This document shows, in pieces, positions 61,011 to 64,000 of a stretch of 64,000 bases of DNA. Position 1 is the stretch's first letter, and each line of letters opens with the position of its first letter. The stretch covers positions 124,001 to 188,000 of the forward strand of contig NW_027271395.1 in assembly GCF_040938485.1 (NCBI RefSeq), written 5' to 3'. This stretch comes from Diadema antillarum. Its lineage: Eukaryota. The translations under genes were made by a program, and so were the position numbers. The notes beneath the pieces are model-generated. The model saw only the letters and a list, made by a program, of their open reading frames with translations. It did not search any database and had not been told where the DNA came from.

Positions 61011-64000
61011 CACCCCCCCCCCCCCCAAGATGAAATCCTAGCTACGCCGGTGCCCTTTCCCCGCTTGGTTTCCCTCAAAAAAAAAAAGTCTGGGGATTGA
61101 GAGCTTCCTATATTCCAAATGTCTGTCCAAAAAATCGCGCTACATTTAGTGTCAAAACGCACCCCCCTTGAAAAAAAGCTGGTGACGCCCCTGGGAGTGC
61201 AGGGCAGATCGTTTTTGGATCAGCTACATCATCCCTTACATCCTGCATTTGATGAGTTCAAGTACAGCCCGTGGTGCAGGGAGCACAAGACACTTGACCG
61301 GAAAACATCCTCCATTCTCTGCACACCATCCATTCTCTTCGATAGGGGGAAGCACTGGGCAGTTTGTCTTGTATGATTTATCTCGCATCGTGATGTAATT
61401 GGCACGGAGAATGTGAGGTAGTAATGTGGCGCGAGTTGGAGGTAACATCTCAGCTTCCAGGTTCTTTGATCGGAGCAGTTCCCATCTGAGCGCTGGCAGG
61501 GTTGTTGGGCCTGATGAACAGTAATTACGACAAATGAAATGCTCTAGTGCCATCACCTGTGTTCGAAGCTCTCCGTTGCTAAGTTCAGTTGGAATGAAAC
61601 CTTCGCCCAGTTCTTTGAAACAGGTGATGGCAGGATCATTGATCCATGTCTTCTTGAATATCCCAACGAACTTTCCTCCCCAGTCGGCACCAGAAAAATT
61701 ATGAAGTCCAAGGAGGCCTTGGCATTGTTGATTTCCAATGACTTGAACCCGCTCCAGCACATCTATTTCTCGTTTCTTTGTTCCCCTGCCTGTAGAAAAT
61801 AGTAAGGAAGTGGGCACTGCATTGTTTCCACAAGATGCTGGATGAATTAAGAGAAGGAGGACATCAGTGTCAGGTGACCAGACAGTAATTTCTCGCAAGG
61901 CCCCACTAGCAGTAGAGGCAAGGACTTGATTGGGGATCAGAGTATCAGCCTCTTCATGTGTGTGTGCCTCCTCAAAATCATGTCCCTTGATGAAGGTATC
62001 ATACACAACCACCAGCTTGAAAGGGTTATCAATGTTCTGTGAGAAGTAATCAAGCAGCCCCTGGCCTAACAGGCATGTCAGCTTATAGTTGATGAAGATA
62101 GGAGCTCATTGATGGACATTGTGAGTTTCATTTCTGGGTGTATCTCGTATTGTACAAATGTAGTTGCCCTCTTTTGTCGTGTCTTGCTCTTTAATGACTC
62201 CTCCGTATATCGATCAAACACAACTCGACCTTCATCATAGCTAGCCATCATCCTTTCGATGCGCCTGTTGAACTCATCCTGTAGGTCTGACATCTTATGC
62301 ATGGCAGGTGTCATCTTCATGCCTTGAAGTACACCCATGGCGTCAATTATCAGCACCTTGACAGGAAGGCCACGTAAGAGGTTGGGATGTTGGGCTACTG
62401 CAGAAGGATCCTGCGTTATTTCATGTTCTACGGTAAACATAACCTCTTCCTGCATCATTTCAACCTGTGGGTTGGTTGGATGATTGTCCTCCACGTCGTC
62501 ACTCCGTTTCACAGAATCGGAAGGTGCTGCCTTTGCATCTTCAACTGCATGCATCAGACTTGCTTTGTCTGCTGGGATGTACAAAGTACCATCGACAGCA
62601 CATAGTGAATGGGGAACCACTGACATTTCATTTTCACCTATTGTCTCCGCAAGTTTAGGAACTAAGCTTGGGCGGTTGGCCTGAATGATTAGAAATCTTC
62701 CCAGCAATTCACGTTCCTCTCTCAACTTGATGACCTTATCTCCAACACGCACTTTCCTTTTCTCCATCCAGTTTGAAAACGATTTCAGCTTCAGTTTCTT
62801 CATTTTGTCCCACACTGAGAGGGTTGATGAGGAAAGCAAACGATCAGACACAAACTCCTCAAAGCGCTTCTGGCCCTTTTCTGCAAAGCGAAGAATGTCA
62901 CTTTTGGCCTCACAAGACACAACTGCTGATGAAACCAGACTCTTCAATTGTGTCTTCTCCTTGAAGGATTGTCTCCGCAATGCAGCTCGATTAGGTGGCG
63001 TAGATTCAGAACATTTTTCTTTGACCTCAACGCAATGTCTCCTGAGAGCTGATAATGTTCCTTCCTCCCTGAGGCTCCGGTAGCTTTGGGGAAATCGTTG
63101 AGATCACTATCCACCAGAGCAGCAAGGTAAGGTGTGATAGTGACTAGTCGGTCCAAAGCGGCTTTATTTCTTGTGAGTCCAACCATCCCACCATGCCCCT
63201 TTAGTTTCTTGATTTCTTGCTCTAAAGCCTGATCAGTGAAGAGATTACAAAACGCTATCTCTGACTTTGCCACCACAAAGTCTTCAGACTTGAGGGCATT
63301 CTATGTTTCTGGATCATCCTCTTCTAGGGCATTCATTTGAGGGAGATGAACTGGCATCAGACGGCATAGTTCAGGAGATCACGAGCGAAAAAGTACTTGG
63401 TGAGATCTTCTAGTGATGACAAGTAACCTTCCCAGTGCCCTGATCGAGAGGAACTAATGAAGTGTAGAAGACTCTCCACCTCGTGAAGATACTGGGTCAA
63501 GAACTGGGCAAACTCGCCTAGGTCTTCAGATTCTTCAAGCTGTTTGACATTGCTCGAGTACCAGGATTGAATTTCTTCGAAGATCTCCACCACCTGTGGG
63601 TCACGTTCATGAAGTCTCTCTTTGAGATTATTGCACTGGATGCGAACTGGGCCTTTGGGAAGATCCGATAGTATGGCATCAAAACGCAACATCATGATTG
63701 CAAGGCTTGCAGTGATGTGAAATTCAAGGCCACGCTTGTAAGTTTTACCGCCAAAGATCCGGCGAAGAGATGCTGTTCAAAGTGTATGCACCACATTCGA
63801 TAGCACATGTGTCAAGATGTGAGGGCCAACGACGGTCGCAGATATTCCCTGGGATAACCGGAGAACAGTATAGAGTGTCCATAATCAGTTGGTGATGTCT
63901 TGAATAATGAGGCAATCACCGCTGTGTTTGTAGGCGTGCTAGCGTGTGAAGATTGAGACAACAACAATGACCTAGTTGCAGCCCATGTTTGAAGAACATC

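Larger units (their letters stand above)
57568..61193. mobile_element. 3.6-kb composite non-autonomous DNA transposon with 5-bp TSD
   Basis: 15-bp TIR CA(T/G)GGGCGTCACCAG (14/15 match); GGAGT at 57563-57567 and 61194-61198; removal restores the Academ reading frame. Confidence 0.9.
57490..64000 (-). pseudogene. Disrupted Academ-type transposon gene: transposase region + XPG/PIN-like nuclease + C-terminal Cys cluster; runs off the window end
   Basis: Frameshifted segments 63357-63695, 62944-63276, 62078-62980, 61236-62012, then ~61194-61235 and 57567-57490. Motifs HEEADTLI, VWSPDTDVLLLL, GLHNFSGADWGGKF, LPPTRATLLPHILRANY, IEENGW, ELIKC..C....C..SKNDLPCTPLCK...CEN. This domain order is typical of Academ elements (recalled). 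Candidate terminus TAG at 56616. Confidence 0.8.

Overview
Intron-rich, AT-rich eukaryotic genomic DNA from a marine invertebrate; the SINE, Kolobok and MITE repertoire suggests an echinoderm, probably a sea urchin (inference). It is not prokaryotic: no CRISPR array, operon, rRNA or true tRNA gene was found. Five host genes were assembled by hand from GT-AG spliced exons: GABARAP (+, 4 exons, 117 aa), TAF10 (-, 5 exons, 150 aa), an orphan single-coding-exon secreted protein (+, 222 aa), TTC32 (-, 3 exons, 147 aa) and allantoinase (+, 9 exons, 469 aa). The rest is a dense layer of often nested transposons: Tc1/pogo-, Harbinger-, Kolobok-, hAT- and AcademH/MULE-like MITEs, tRNA-SINEs and L2/CR1 fragments. 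The last 10 kb is a nested pile of a Gypsy gag relic, a LINE, a MITE and a decayed Academ transposase/XPG-nuclease gene, the last split by a 3.6-kb satellite-bearing element. The two most unusual observations are (1) a 30-codon in-frame continuation past the stop of the orphan secreted protein that repeats its own motifs with synonymous codon changes, and (2) a repeat-spacer-like array of TAAC...GCTA elements inserted at the same 9-bp site in a TAF10 intron.
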